This document shows positions 49,880 to 63,517 of a DNA stretch of 64,000 bases, piece by piece. Position numbers and translations under genes: made by a program. Origin of the DNA: Vicugna vicugna (taxonomy: Eukaryota). Where the stretch lies: the NCBI GenBank assembly GCA_013265495.1, contig MU057930.1, positions 822,057 through 886,056 on the forward strand, in the 5' to 3' direction. How positions within the stretch are numbered: position 1 is the first letter of the stretch; the number at the start of each line of letters is the position of its first letter. The notes beneath the pieces were generated by a model. It saw only the letters and a list, made by a program, of their open reading frames with translations, was not told the DNA's origin and ran no database searches.

Positions 49880-51650
49880 TCAAGGCGTAACTCACGTAAA
49901 ACAAGGGCAACAAAACTGCACACTCTTAAAGTACACAGTTTGATGAGTTCTGACAAATGTTTGCCCACGTTTAATCACTGAAACAACCAAAAATGCACAG
50001 TGTTTCCATCACTTGAATATCTTGTTATGTCTTTGAAATCGGTTCCCTTTCACCCTCCTCCATCTCTGGAAGCCATTGATTTGATTTGATTTGATTTATT
50101 TTATTTTTTTATTTTAATCTAGTTTTGATTGTACTTAGTCTTTTCTGGATTTTTATAGGAATTGAGTGATATAATTTGTCTTCTGCTTTTGTCTTTTTTT
50201 CAATACGTAAAGCTGGCTAGTTTTAAGTTGTGTCTTGTTTAGGTGCTATGTATGTGAATCAGTAACCCCCTTCCGGCTGATAAATAACTGGTTATGATGT
50301 CTAGAGTAACGGTACCACTTACGCCAAGGGGTAAGAAAGGATTTAGTATTCACAAATGGGAGCAAAGGAGGGGCTGGTGACTTAGGGTTTTGGTTTTGCT
50401 GTTGTGGTCAGGGGCATACGCTGGGGTTTGCGTGGTTGAAACTACCCTTTGGCACCAGCAGAGTACATGTAATAGTGTTCCTATGAGATTGCGCAACCGT
50501 AGGGTGAACGTAGCTTGAATGGGTGTAATGAGGCTTGAAAGCTCTCGTGGATCACACGTCCGTCGGGAGGGAAGCCGGCCTGCTTACAAGATGCGTCTGA
50601 GATGATGTGTGTGATCATAGTTCCACACCACACATTGTTCCTCCTTGCACCTAAGCACGAACGCTCGCTTGATCTCCAGTGTTCAGCCATTCTGAACGAG
50701 TACCAGTCACCATGTGGACATGTCTTTTCGTTTCTCTTGGGAATTTTTGACTCCGGGTTATTGCGCTAGGCTGTGTAGTAAAAGAAGCCTGAATGGGTGA
50801 TTTTGTAAGAATTTGCCAAACTGTTTACCCAAAGTGGCTATACCGTTTTGCATTCCCGCAAGGAAATGTCAGAGTTTCAGTTTCTCCGCATCCTCACCGG
50901 CCCGTGATATTTTGGATCCGTTTCGTTCTTGCTTCTAGACTTTCTAGTGGCTTAGCAATGTCTCATTATCTTCGTAATTTGCATCCTCCTGGTGTCAGCT
51001 GAGATGGGACATCTTTTCATGTGCTTCTTGGTCACTCACATGAGCTCTTTGCTGAAGTATCATTCAAATAGTTTTGCCTGCTTTAAAAAAAAATGTGAGT
51101 TTGGATTTCTTGAGTTGCAAGAGGTAATTATTATATTTAGACTACACATAATTTGTGAGATTTATGGGTTGAAGTAGTCCTCAGTCTGAGACCTCCTTTC
51201 CATTACCTTAATGGTATCTACAGAAAACTTGAAATTTTCTATTTTGGTTGAATTCTGCTATTTCACTTTCTTTTTTAATGCTTTTCTTTTTTTTTAATGC
51301 TGTCTGTGTCCTAAGAAACCATTGCCTTCCTGAAGGTTAAACAGGTTTTCCTCTAATGTCCTCTAGAAGTTTTATAGTTTTAGTTTTTATGTTTAGGTCG
51401 AGGATCAATTAATTTAAAGTTACTTTTGGAATGTGTGGTGTGAGTTACTTACGAGTCAAGATTGATGTGTCTATCTGGAGGTCTAAGGAATCTAGGTTAA
51501 GATTTAATGAAAAGTCTATTTTTTTTCCCCATTGGATAACCTTGGTAACTTTGTTGAAAACTAATTGGCCATATATGTAGGGGGAGGTTATTTTGGGGCT
51601 CTATTTTAGACGATCTATCCATCTCTTTATGCCAGTGCTACACTGCTGTA
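49880..51650 (-). mobile_element. Fragmented old LINE-1 (L1ME-like)
   Basis: aagtacacagtttgatgagttctgacaaatg; gccaaactgtttacccaaagtggctataccgttttgcattccc; ctagaagttttatagttttag. Confidence 0.7.
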
Positions 51651-51814
51651 GATGGAGTGTGTGTATTCCCTGCAAAATTCATACATTGAAACCCTAACCT
51701 CCAAGAGGATGGTGGTATTTCGAGATGATGGCCCTTGGTGGGGTGAACAGGTAGGTCATCAGTGTGGAGCACTAGGGAAATCCCCAAAATGAATTTTCTA
51801 AAAAAAAAAAAAAG

Positions 51815-52366
51815 TGTAACTAGTGAGGGACTAGGACGAACAAACGCGACTCCACTGGATCTATTTTTTCAGCTCTAACCCTGTGCTCTGTCTCCTGCGC
51901 TGAGTCATGCTGGTGCTGCACCTTTTGTAAAAGAGTGTTGCCCAGGGCCTGAAATTTACAGGACATCCCATTGTCAGGGCTCTGACTTTTAAAGCCGTAA
52001 CACTTTCCCATGCGTACAGAGATAAAAAGTTGCAGAACAGAGAACAGCTTGTGTCTTGTGGAAGGTCTGGGAGAACACTGAGACCACAGCTGTGGGAACA
52101 GCTGTACAAACAAAGGGTTATCCCATCCCCCCGGGGCTCTGGCCGGCACCAAGAAGTCTGCAACAACCAACCACACCCCACTCCCCTTTTAGAGTAATAG
52201 AAGCCTGAATTCTAACTCGGAGAGGATAGTTCTTTGGGACAGTAGTTCACAATCTTCTCGGTCTGCTGCATTTCCAAATAAAGTCGCTATTCCTTGTCCC
52301 AGCACCTCATTGCTTAAATTCTTTGCCTGTCCTGTGGTGAGCAGTTCATGTTTGGACTGAGTAACA
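51815..52366 (+). mobile_element. ERV1-type solo LTR
   Basis: TGTAAC...GTAACA termini, AATAAA near 52277, 552 bp; next to an MLT1-like fragment at 51645-51775. Confidence 0.8.
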
Positions 52367-52567
52367 CCTACTCTGGTTATAGACACAGTGAATCCTGACC
52401 TTGAACTCAGCCTTAATTACAGTTAGGGTAATAGGACAGTTCTCTGTCAAACAGGAATGTTAAAATTCTTCTACGACTTTGATTTTAGTACACTACCAAA
52501 TGATAGTAACACTTGGCTACTCATGATCTGTTGATTTGTGAGAAAACAGCCTTGTTTACAGTACTTG

Positions 52568-52805
52568 CCAAAACAGAAACAGACTCACAGACGTAGAAAA
52601 CAAACTTATGGTTACCAGTGGGGGATGGGGGGTGGGAAGGGATAAAGTGAGAGTTTGAGATTTGCAGATACCCACTGGTGTATATAAAATAGATAAACAA
52701 GTTCATACGGTACAGCACGGGAACTACATTCGATATCTTGTGTAGCACATGGTGAAAAGTAATATGAAAATGTGCATATGTATATTCATGTAAAATGAAT
52801 AAATA
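52568..52805 (+). mobile_element. LINE-1 3' UTR
   Basis: aaaacagaaacagactcacagacgtagaaaacaaacttatggttacc. Confidence 0.9.
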
Positions 52806-54029
52806 AATGGGTATACCAAGAAAAAAAAAGGAAAAAATATTAAGTTTGGTATTTTTAAAAATATTGTACATAAAGCTTAAAGAAGGATCATGGACCCTAA
52901 ATAGGATGCAAAAAGCGTACATCTGTAATTTGCACAAATTAGCACAAATAGTATGTTGTCTACAGTTTGGTCCTCTAGTGTCAGAAGCTAATTTGAGTCT
53001 TCTCAGGGAGTGATATACACAACAGGTGCTCCCAGGAGGGACCCATAAGAGCCCAAGGGACTCAGGATAGGACAAGTGGACAAGCCAAGGGTCCCTTCCA
53101 GCCTCATCCCAGGGGCACCCTGGAGACTACGTGGCCCCAGAGGTTCTACTTCATCAGAAGAGGAAGAACAGAGAGAGCTGCCCCCAGCAGCACTTGGGCA
53201 TTATACTGGCTAGCAGCTGCCCCTGAGTGTACGTGGCGGGGTGTCAACGGCCAGGCATGTCCAGCTTGAGGTGGACACAAAGGATGATTCTCTGCAAGAG
53301 AGCAGGTTTGAACCACAGCAGCCAGCACCACCACATCGCTGTGAACGCGATCCACGAGCATGAGAACATGCTGTCTTCTCGACTCTGATAAAATGCTATT
53401 TATTTCCTGCGATTCTTCCTCCTTCAGGCCACTTCATTGTCTGCTTCCTACACCTCCGTGGGTGGCCGCAAGTCTGTCCCAGATAATTAATTTCTGTCTC
53501 TGAAAGTAATCCTGTTGAATTTGCCAAGGAGCCTGACTTTCAGCTGCGTTTCTGCCTCACCATTAAATCACAGGTTTTTTAATGGCTTTATAATATGCTT
53601 CCTCTCAAGAAGACAGAAAACCCTGCTGAAAGCTCCTGCCACCATTCATGATATTTTTAGCAGTCTCAAGGAAAGAAATGTTAGCAGAGGAATAGAAATC
53701 ACCAAGTGCTTTATTTTTAACTATATACGTATTCCACCTCTGAAACCTTTCAACTCCTCCTGGTCCTCACTGCCTTTATTCAAGAGGAGAATGTACAAGA
53801 TGAAAGAGAAAATGATTCGACGATTGATAGGATCCTGACTTTGAGATTTTATTAATTTACTCACTGACACTTAGGGATTTTCTCTACTAAAGCAATGTGG
53901 CCTCATTCTTCTGCTGTGAAGACCTGTCCTACCCTCATGCTTTTGAAATGATGGCATGCACGGCTCGTTTTGTTTTTATACTCGCTTCCTCCACACAGTC
54001 ACTCATTTGAGTTCTATATCTTTTTTTAA

Positions 54030-54572
54030 TTTTTAATTGAAATATAGTTAATTTACAATGTTGTGTTAGTTTCTGGTGTACAGCATAGTGATTCAGTTAT
54101 ATATATACATATATATATATATTTCTTTTCACATGCTTTTTCGTTATAGGCTATTATAAGTTACTGAATAGAGTTCCCTGTGCTGTGCAGTAGGACCTTG
54201 TTGTTTATCTCTTTTATATATAGTAGTTTGTATCTGCAAATCCCTAACCCCCAATTTATCCCTCTCCATCCTCTTTCTCTCGGGTAACCATAAGTTTGTT
54301 TTCTATGTCTGTGAGTCTGTTTTTGTTTTGTAAATAAGTTCATTTGTGTCTTTTTAAAGATTCTACATGTAAGTGATATCATATGGTATTTGTCTTTGTC
54401 AGTCTGACTTACTTCACTCAGTATGATCATCTCTGGATCCATCCATATTGCTGGAAATGGTATTATTTCATTCTTTTTTGTGGCTGAGTAGTATTCCATT
54501 GTATTTATACACCACGTCTTTATCTAGTCATCTGTCGATGGAGATTAGTTTGCTTCCACGTCTTGGCTATTG
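54030..54572 (-). mobile_element. LINE-1 3' end
   Basis: Minus ORF MEYYSATKKNEIIPFPAIWMDPEMIILSEVSQTDKDKYHMISL. Confidence 0.95.
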
Positions 54573-55654
54573 CTGAGTTGTATGTATTTAAATTGCAGGT
54601 TGCTATGACTACTAGACCAGACTAGTAGTTCTCAGTTTTTGCAGTTTGTAAGAATTAACTGCATGAAGAACTTCACGTGCAGGTTCTGTGGTCCTGTGTC
54701 CAGAGGCACTGGTTCTGCTTGTGCGGGTAAATCCCAGGAAGGTGCATGTCCTGCTGAGATGCTAGAGCAGGTAGCCTGTGATCTAGAGCCTAAGAATTGC
54801 TAAGTGAGACTCGTCCCAGAGAGGTAGAAGATTGGCTATCTTGTTTTTTTTTTTTTGTATTTCTTCATGCCGCTTAGCCAATGTTTTGCATCAGATGGGT
54901 GCTCATAAATATTTTTAACTGTAATCTGACCACTGGTGGTCAGTGGTTCCATTGTTCTTATGAACTTATCTAAAACAAACATGCAACTGAAGCCTTTCAT
55001 TTCAGATTTTAAAGTAAAGGTCTGGGTTAGCTTTTTACACCTCTTTGGAAGTATGGACTCGACACATCTACTGCTTTATTACCTTCTCTGAACCCTAAGC
55101 CACCGAGGGTTTGTATTATTTGGTAATAAATGATAATAAGGCAATTACTGTTATACAAAGTTTTCACATTTCAGTCGTCTTATTCTCAGCACTGTATTTT
55201 ATCTAAGGCATTACCAGATCCTGGATAATTGCTTATACTGCCTGCAGCATGCACCTGTGCTCCCACAATGTTGCCAAGCAAACTCCTATTCATCCATCAA
55301 AACCCTGAGCACAGGTCACCATCTCTGAAAAGTTGTTTTCTGGTAGCTTTTCATAAATTCCTGTGAAAATGTTTCTTCATTCTGTACTGTCCCTATATTT
55401 TAAGCATTTTTATGAATTTACATATCACGTTCTCATTGAATACGTGCACAGTTACCTCCCTCCTAGACTGGGAGATGCATTGTGGGTAGAGATTATATAT
55501 TTACTTTTTTGTTTGTTTGTTTAAGCATTTACTTATTCAGTCACTTATTCACTCCTCTAATTTTCAGTATTTGGCATATGGACTGAAGCATGACAGAAAA
55601 AAAAGTGTAGTTTAATTTATCTAAATTATATTGTAGTGGTTGGTTTACCAAATA

Positions 55655-55850
55655 CTTTAGAGGGATTTTGTCCCCTAGGGGACCCTGGGCAAAGTCTGGA
55701 AAGAGTTTGGGTTGTCAGAGGTGGGAGGGCGGATGTTAGTGGCATCTAGTGAGAAGGAGCCATGGATGCTGCTAGACATCTGACAGAGCACAGGACAGAC
55801 TCCCGAGCAAAGGACCATCAGGACCAAAATATCATGAGTGCCTAAGCTGA
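55655..55850. mobile_element. MER20-like remnant
   Basis: gattttgtcccctaggggaccctgggcaaagtctgga...ggcatctagtgag...ggatgctgctagacatc. Confidence 0.75.
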
Positions 55851-56982
55851 TTCTATTAAATGTTTCCTGGTAGCAAGTTCTAGCATATAATTTACTATTT
55901 CTCGAAGCACCTGACAAATTATACACGCAGAGAAGTTACTAGTCAATGCAGCAAAGTCAATTTTACTAAATAGATTGATCTGAATTGATTGACTAACTGA
56001 TGAAGATTAACCTTTCCCGTTCCATATGGAATTTTTTCTTTTTTTGAAGACATAGGTGGGCTTTGTGCCAGAAGAATAGTTTCCACAGCCTCTGTTTCCA
56101 GAATTAAATCTGGGGAAGTCTGTCTGGTGTGGTGAATCGTCCCCTCATGCCCTTAATTCTTGTCATGTTAGAAATACATGCTAGAATGTTTTATCTGTGT
56201 GTCTTATCTGTACTCACTGCAAACTATGAGTAAGAAGAATAGTATAGCAAGTTATATCTAATTTTTTTTTCTACGTTTGTTGACTCTAAATCCTTTTTGT
56301 CAAAGTGAAGAATGGTGCCCAGGGGACCATTCAGCCAGTATGTCGGATGCAATGATCTCAGAATTATGTTTAAAGTGGGACAGATCTGCCATTTACAGCA
56401 AGGCAGCCCATGTGTTCCACACATAGCCATATGAACAGAAGTCACTTTGCTTTCATTTCTTCTTCCATCCTTCAGAGGACTTGAAAGGCATGCCAGTTGC
56501 TGAGAGAGATATCCACGTGGATTTCTGATATACTTGAAGGTAGGCAGGTGATAGGAGTGACTAAGAGGGTGACAGCCTCAGCTTTCAGAAGTCTTCCAGG
56601 CTAGAGGAAGAATTACACTCAGTGGGCCATTCGGAGAGGACACCTGAGCTAAGAAAGGTTTGCAGAAGTGACGGATGGCAGAGCCGTGTGACGAAGGTTG
56701 AGTATAGCCTTGAGTAGATGTTGCGTGGAAAAGAAAAGGTCAACCTTTTATTAGACACTAAGAAATGTTCCTTTAAGAAATAAAGCACAACGTATTTTAG
56801 GAGCAAAATTGGGTCCCCTAAGGCTAAGGGCTGGTGCTTCACATGGGGGAAAATGTGGGAGAGACGGAATGTGGGAATTAATACATGGGAATAGCAGCTG
56901 GAAAGGTATTAAAAAGCCCAAGGGACCTAGGAAGACGCTGAGAATTCACGTGGGAAGTGATGTTGGCCTTTTTCACCTGGAA

Positions 56983-57898
56983 GTGATGTGTCTATTGTCT
57001 GCTGTAGAAGGATCATTCTGGATACAGAGTGTTGACTGGCTTGGAAGAGAAGCAAGATGGCGCCAGGGAGAAGGGGAGGGTGCTTTTTGGAGTTGGGGTG
57101 GTGCTGGTGTACGTCTACTTTCCTCTGAAATTTGCAACATTATTGTTTGGCTGATGGACGTGGGGAACTGGTAGGATGTGTTGGGGGAGGGACCCTTAGA
57201 TGAGCTCGGGTGCGTTCAGGGTGACATGGCCGTAGACAGGGGGAGGGACCGTTAGAAGGGACAAACTCAAGAGGTATTTACCGAGCGGAATTAAGCAGAC
57301 ACCCTGACTCCTGGGATCTCAGCAGAGGGAAAAGAGCACGGCTGAGGATGATCCTTAGACACTTTTGGTTTGGAGAGTGACTGCTGGTGACGCAAATTAA
57401 GACAAGGGACACTGGGAGAGCAATATCACCAGTGGTGTGCTGGCCAAGAGAGGCAGGTGATGCATTTTGGACAGGATGATGATTTTAAAGGTGATGGAGG
57501 CATCCAAATTAGGGTGCCTTTTAGGTAGTAGAAAATAAGAATGCGACGTTAAAAAAAAATCACCTCTGAAACTGCAGCTTGACACTTTGGGGGTGACGGT
57601 CAGCGTTCCCCGTCTTCATGCACATACTTTCACATTTTCGCTAAAGATTGTCAATTCCACTCGGTAAATACCTCTCGGGTTTGTCCTTTCTAACGGCCCC
57701 TCTCCCGACACATCGTACCAGTACCCCATGTCCATTAGCAAAGCAACAGTGTTGCAAACTTCAGAGGGAACTAGATGTACATCAGCACCCCCCCAACCCC
57801 AAAAAGCACCCGGCCCCTTGTCCCTGGTGCCATCTTGCTTCTCTTCCAAGCCAATCAGCACTCTGTATGCTTCTACAACAGACAGTAGACCACATCGC
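56983..57898. repeat. Diverged inverted duplication (arms 56983-57292 and 57653-57898)
   Basis: Left tggcttggaagagaagcaagatggcgccaggga...gaggtatttaccgagcggaatt matches the reverse complement of the right arm. Confidence 0.9.
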
Positions 57899-58559
57899 CT
57901 TGGGAGAAAAGAGAGCTGGGTTTGCCACTTTCCTGGGAAGCACTTAAACTGGAGAAAGATGACTGGAAAAGATTCACTCTTAGTTCTGATCGTGAAAACA
58001 GGCTTGGAAGAGAACCCTTCCATTTTCCTCATCCGTCCTCTTGGAATGGCTCATTACCTGGTGCTGGGATCAGACCGGAAAACTCCATGGTCGCAGTTGA
58101 GAAGTGGGGCTGTATTTCTTTATGGGCAGGGCATGTCTGGGTACCTGACTGACCATCACGACTCAGCAAGTACGTATTTTGTTTGGCTTGTGTTGGTGGC
58201 TCAGTATGTTCTTACGGAAATGTGCGTTCTGCAAAGATCCATTATGCAGATGCTTGACAAAAGTGTGCTATCTTCTTACATAAAGCAGCCAATTTTCCAA
58301 AAAAAAAAAGGGGGGGCAATGTATATACATTTTGACTGCAAATTATTGCTATTATTGCTATTTTCTGGAAAAAAATATTTGAAGAGAGGGACATAAAATC
58401 ATACCGATATGCTGCTTGGGTTAGTCTTAACATCTCAAATGGGAAAAGGGCGTTGGGACTTTGAAGTATTCATTTCAAATCGGTCTGATGGAACAGAGAA
58501 CACAGGAGATCAGGGTCCTGCCGGATGGTCCCCCGCCCTCACACGATGATCGAGGACCG

Positions 58560-58845
58560 TGTCATTCTGTTGTGGTCGGGGGCTGTCCGGGGCTTTGTGG
58601 GACGTTTAACAGCATTGCAGATTTCTTCCTATTTGATGCCAGTGGCTTCTCTGACCCCACGTCCTGACAACCAAAGAGTAGACATTGTTGGGTGTCCCAG
58701 TGGAGATAGGGTATCTAGGTTTAGCCAATAAAAATGCAGAGCACTCAGTTAAATCCGAATTTTAAATAAAGAATGAATACTGATTTAGTGTAAGTATGTC
58801 CCTGGCAACCCCACCTGGAGGTCAAAGACTGTCCCCATTTGAGGA
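58560..58845. mobile_element. MER20-like element with nested MER3/MER33-like fragment (58708-58812)
   Basis: agggtatctaggtttagccaataaaaatgcagagcactcagttaaatccgaatttt...tggcaaccc interrupts MER20-like sequence. Confidence 0.65.
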
Positions 58846-59798
58846 ATGCAACTTGCTCTTCTCACTAATTTTCTTCTGAATCTGCAGGTGTTTTTTTGGT
58901 CTTGGGAGCAACCCGGGATTTTGCATTAGAAGAGTATTTCACTGTCTTACTCGGCTGTCTTTAGGGGAAATGGCGAAATACAGAACGATCTGGTTGGGAC
59001 ACCCACACTGTCCTCATCGATTGTTAATTGCCTCCTTTGCACTTCACTTCATCCACAAAAGGCAGACAGTGTTAAATAGTGGTGTTGGCTAAATTACTCT
59101 ATTAGCTGAAAAAGAATGCTCTACTGTGAAGTTCTCCGTGCTCCTTTAGAATTTCCCTTGTGGGGAAGGACTGAAAGTTCTAATTATGCTTGCCTGGTTT
59201 GATGAATCTCTTGTCTGTAGCTGTTTCCCCCCCCAGGTTGTTTCTACTGGAACATCTTCAGTTGGTAAAAAAAAAAAAAAAAGTACTCTTCTGCCCCAGG
59301 AATCTAGTGGCCTTTCTCTCCCAGCCAGTGGGTCCTAACCTAATTACCCAGTGTGAAGAGTCATTTGTTGGCAGTGAGAGCAGACTGTGCGGGCAATGGG
59401 TAGGTCCTCCTGATACACCAGCCAGCAGACCCACAAAATAAAAAGGCAGCATTTCACAGACTGTTTCTTGGTTGTTTTAGAGTGTTCAGCTGTTCTTTAC
59501 TTAGAGAATAATGCATAGAATATAAACATAAACATGGGCAGTGGTTTTATAAATTCCTTAAGGGCAAGGATCTGTGTCCACCATCTTTTTTTTTTTTTTG
59601 CGTCAACTTCCATTCCACATCTATTCTGTATTTTGCACATGGAAGGTACTGAATAAGTGCTTGTTGCTAAACGGGGCTCAGAATGCTTCTACCTTCAGCC
59701 AGAATCTTGTTCCCTCCTACCCACTGAATAATTTCACTCTCAGACTCTTGGACACATTTTCTCCTGTTTCCTTTCTAGAGCATAGATTACCTTCTTCT

Positions 59799-60203
59799 GT
59801 GATGGTGGGGATGATGATGGTGATGATGTTGGTGATGATGATGGTGATGATGGTGATGATGGTGAGGGTGGTGATGATGGGATGATGGTGGTGTTGATGA
59901 TGGTAATGATGGTGGTGGCGAAGATGGTGATGGTGGTGATGATGATGGTGATGATTGTGATGATGGTGAGGGTGGTGATGATGGTTATGATGGTGGTGGT
60001 GATGATGATAGTGACAATATGGTGAAGATGATAGTGATAATGATCATGGTGGTGATGATGATGATGGTGACAGTGGTGATGATGATGGTGGTAATGATAA
60101 TGATGATGGTGACATTGATGGTGAAGGAGATAGTGGTAATGATCATGGTGATGATGGTGATGATGATGGTGACGATGGTGATGGTGATGATGGCGGTGGT
60201 GAC
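59799..60203. repeat. Degenerate (TGA/TGG)n triplet repeat
   Basis: ~400 bp gatgatggt array; explains the Met/Val-rich ORFs. Confidence 0.95.
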
Positions 60204-62367
60204 AATTTCATCTCTGTTCCCACTTACCTATTCAAAAATTTAAGAAGCTTTTAGTAAGTATTCTGCAGTAACCTTGTGAGTGACCAAAAGCTTCCCCATC
60301 CACACATCTAAATTCTTCTTAAAGGGATAACACATCACATTCCCAAAAAGGTAAACAAGATTATTGATGTAAATTATTTTAAATAATCATAATACTATAC
60401 CATATATTACAGTAACAATGCCTAGTATATTTATTATATTATGAATATAAATCATTAGAAATATAAACAATTGAGAAGCAGACTTGTGGCCATTAAGGGT
60501 AAAGCCGTGCACATTTTCTGTGACCTGCCTCTGCAGTATATGTCTGCACGGACCATGTTACCTTCTATTCTGGGCATTATGTCTCCTCTCCAGTTCATTC
60601 CTTCATGTGGTCTGTGCCTTGATTGGAAACCACTCTCTTCGCTCTAACTATAATGACTTTGCCCCTTCCTCACCCTTATTTAAATCTTGTCTGTCTTTCA
60701 AAATGCCCCTTAACATCTGCATCTTCTGATCTCTCCAACCTGCATCGATCTCCCATCCCCTCAGACACACTCATTAGTGTCTCATTTGTGATTGAATCAC
60801 ACGCTAACCTGCATTGCTTCTGAGGAATTCTATGAGCATACATTTTCTGTTAATCATCTAATGTCACTCACACAATGCAGTGACGTAGGATTGACTATAA
60901 AGCCAGAAAAAGGAAAGATCTCCGCATTTATGGGTGGCACATTTCATCAGTGGACCTAAACAAATTAAAACCCTCAGAAACGTTTAGCCTTGGAAGGAGA
61001 TTTGTCATATAATGCAGGAGAAGTGAATGAATGGCAAAAGTAGAAGAAATACCCCTAAAAAATGTTTCTACACGGATGAACAACTCATTGATTGATTTCA
61101 ATGCTTCGTTTTAGCAACCTGCATGATCACATTTCTCCTTGGTTTTCCTTTTCTTTTACTCAGTTGAAAAGAAATTTTCCAGTCCTTAAAAATTCTAATT
61201 TCACTCAAAAATTTGTAACAATACTGCTAGTAGGCATGCACTGATATTTTAAAATTTTACCTTGTGTTTTTAAATTAATTATGTGGAAAAAAGGAAAATG
61301 AACAAAGAAGCAGCAAGCAGCAGCAAGTTGTTAAGCATTTGACATCTTTAAGTACAGAAATGTTTGAATGTCCTGCCCTGATGCTGGCCCCCCCAACCAT
61401 TGCCTGCAGTTGCCTGTAAGAAGTACATTCATGGAAACCTTGGTGGGCGTTCTGTGTTGGTTTGTTTTAAATGAGCTACCCTTGGTGTTCTGCAACATGG
61501 AATGTACTTTTTCTGATTAAAAAAAAAATTGTGCTTTCATTTGGAATTCTAACATTTTCCAACCCCCCAAAATACTTGAATGATATAATGGTAGAGAGAG
61601 AATCCATTTATATAGCTGGATTTTCTTGGGAGGTAATTAAAATAATTTAATGGAGGAAATAAAGATTGTCATATTTTAGGAATTAGAATGCTTGAATTGT
61701 GTTTCATAATGATGCAAGGAAGAAAGGCATTCAGTTCATTGGGGGGGAAATATAAAAATGAGCTAAAAACAAAATGCTACAGGATAAAACATTTTAGCAC
61801 TGACTTGTTCTCTGAAATCTGAAAAGAAGTAACTTTTTTTTTTTGCCATGAAGACATCCATAAGGGGTAGCCATTCAAACGGTTTTAGTCATGCTGTGCT
61901 TTTTGTGAAATGAGAGAGAATACAGCTTTAGTATTTATTATAAGGGAAGGTCCCAAGATTCTCCATTAATGTTTATAAACTGCAAAGTAAAGTATGAGCT
62001 TTTATCCTGCGTTAGTTCAAATTATGACGTGTGTGGAAAGACACAAAATAAGCCGTATTTCTACATATCTTTCCCTCGGTGGTTCTGATTCCTGATTAAA
62101 ATGCGCTGTTGTAAGTATGTAAAGACGCATATTTTAAAATTAATTGTGAACGTAAATTGTGTGAACAGATACTCAGAGAGAAACGTCTTGCTCCTAAAAT
62201 TGTTATGTATGTATTGTTCACACCAGCAATACGTGTGAACTCTACGTAATAAGAAGGAATAATTAGATTTCCTTGTCTTGATAGATAACCTGATAACTCT
62301 ATTGAAAGCTGAGCACCTAGCATTTTTTAAGACCTACCTGAGAGCTTTCAGAAAGACAAAGGGAAGA

Positions 62368-62860
62368 GGGGGAGGGTGTAGCTCAAGTGGTAGAGCACAT
62401 GCTTAGCATACCCAAGGTCCTGGGTTCAATCCCCAGTACCTCCTCTATAAACAAATAATTAGACCTAATTACCTCCCTTTCCACAAAAATAAGTAAATAA
62501 TTAACTTGTTCAAAAAGGAAGAGAAAGAAAGAGACCATATGATATCATTTATATGTGGAATCTAAAAAAAAAAAAAAGAAAGAAAGAAAGACAAATGAAC
62601 TTATTTACAAAACAAAGAGACTCACACATACAGAAAACAAACTGACGGTTACCAGAGGGGAGATGGGGGTGGGATGGGATAAACCAGGAGTTCAAAATTT
62701 GCAGATACAAACTAATATATATATAAAATAGATAAACAACCAGTTCATACTGTACAGCCCAGGAAACTATATTTAATATCTTGTAGTAACTTATGGTGAA
62801 AAAGCACATGAAAATGAATATAGGCATGTTCATGTATGCCTGCAACATTCTGCTGTACGC
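62368..62860 (+). mobile_element. vic-1-like SINE (62368-62478) followed by L1 3' UTR (62520-62860)
   Basis: gggtgtagctcaagtggtagagcacatgcttagcatacccaaggtcctgggttcaatcccc; atatgtggaatctaaaa...ataaacaaccagttcatactgtacagc. Confidence 0.88.
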
Positions 62861-63259
62861 CACCTTTAGCAAGCCTCGTGCAGTAAATGGACTCATTAAG
62901 ATGTTATTCCTAAAATGGAGATAAGTCACCAGCTTGTAATTTGACTCTAGGCAGCTCTTGTCTTTAAGATCAGGGAGAGAGCCTGTCCTAAGTGTGCAGG
63001 GGTTTTGCGGCAGAGTCTCAGAGACATCACCTGCCTTTCAGCTTTGTCAATAACTGCGTCTCCCATTCTCTTGTGTGAACCCCGGTAACTTGCTTGGCTA
63101 CTCCACCCTGAAACCCCCAGTTCTCCACACACCTCTGACCTCTTCAGAGCCCATTGCAGGTGACACACTCCATTCTTGGCACTATGCATGAAATTTTAAA
63201 AAGAATAGGATGCAGCAAACTAGTATGCCCAGTCAAAATCTGAATTTCAAAAACAAAAA

Positions 63260-63517
63260 CACTAATTTGAAAAGATACATGCACCCCCGTGTTCACAGCA
63301 GCACTATTTACAACAGCCAAGACAGAGAAGGAACCTAAATGAGCATCAGCAGATGACTGGATAAAAAAGATGTGGTGTAATTATACAATGGAATACTACT
63401 CAGTCATGAAAAAGAATAAAATAATGACATTTGCAGCAACATGGATGTACGTGGAGGACATTACGCTAAGTGAAGTAAGTCAGACAGAGAAAGACAAATA
63501 CTATATAATATCACTTA
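63260..63517 (+). mobile_element. LINE-1 ORF2 C-terminal fragment
   Basis: MEYYSVMKKNKIMTFAATWMYVEDITLSEVSQTEKDKYYIISL. Confidence 0.93.

Noticed and set aside
57728..58396. Longest ORF in the window (222 aa)
   Set aside because: Overlaps the inverted-repeat arm and an A-run; no recognisable domain or exon structure.
59574..60243. Met/Val-rich ORFs
   Set aside because: Degenerate TGA/TGG triplet repeat.
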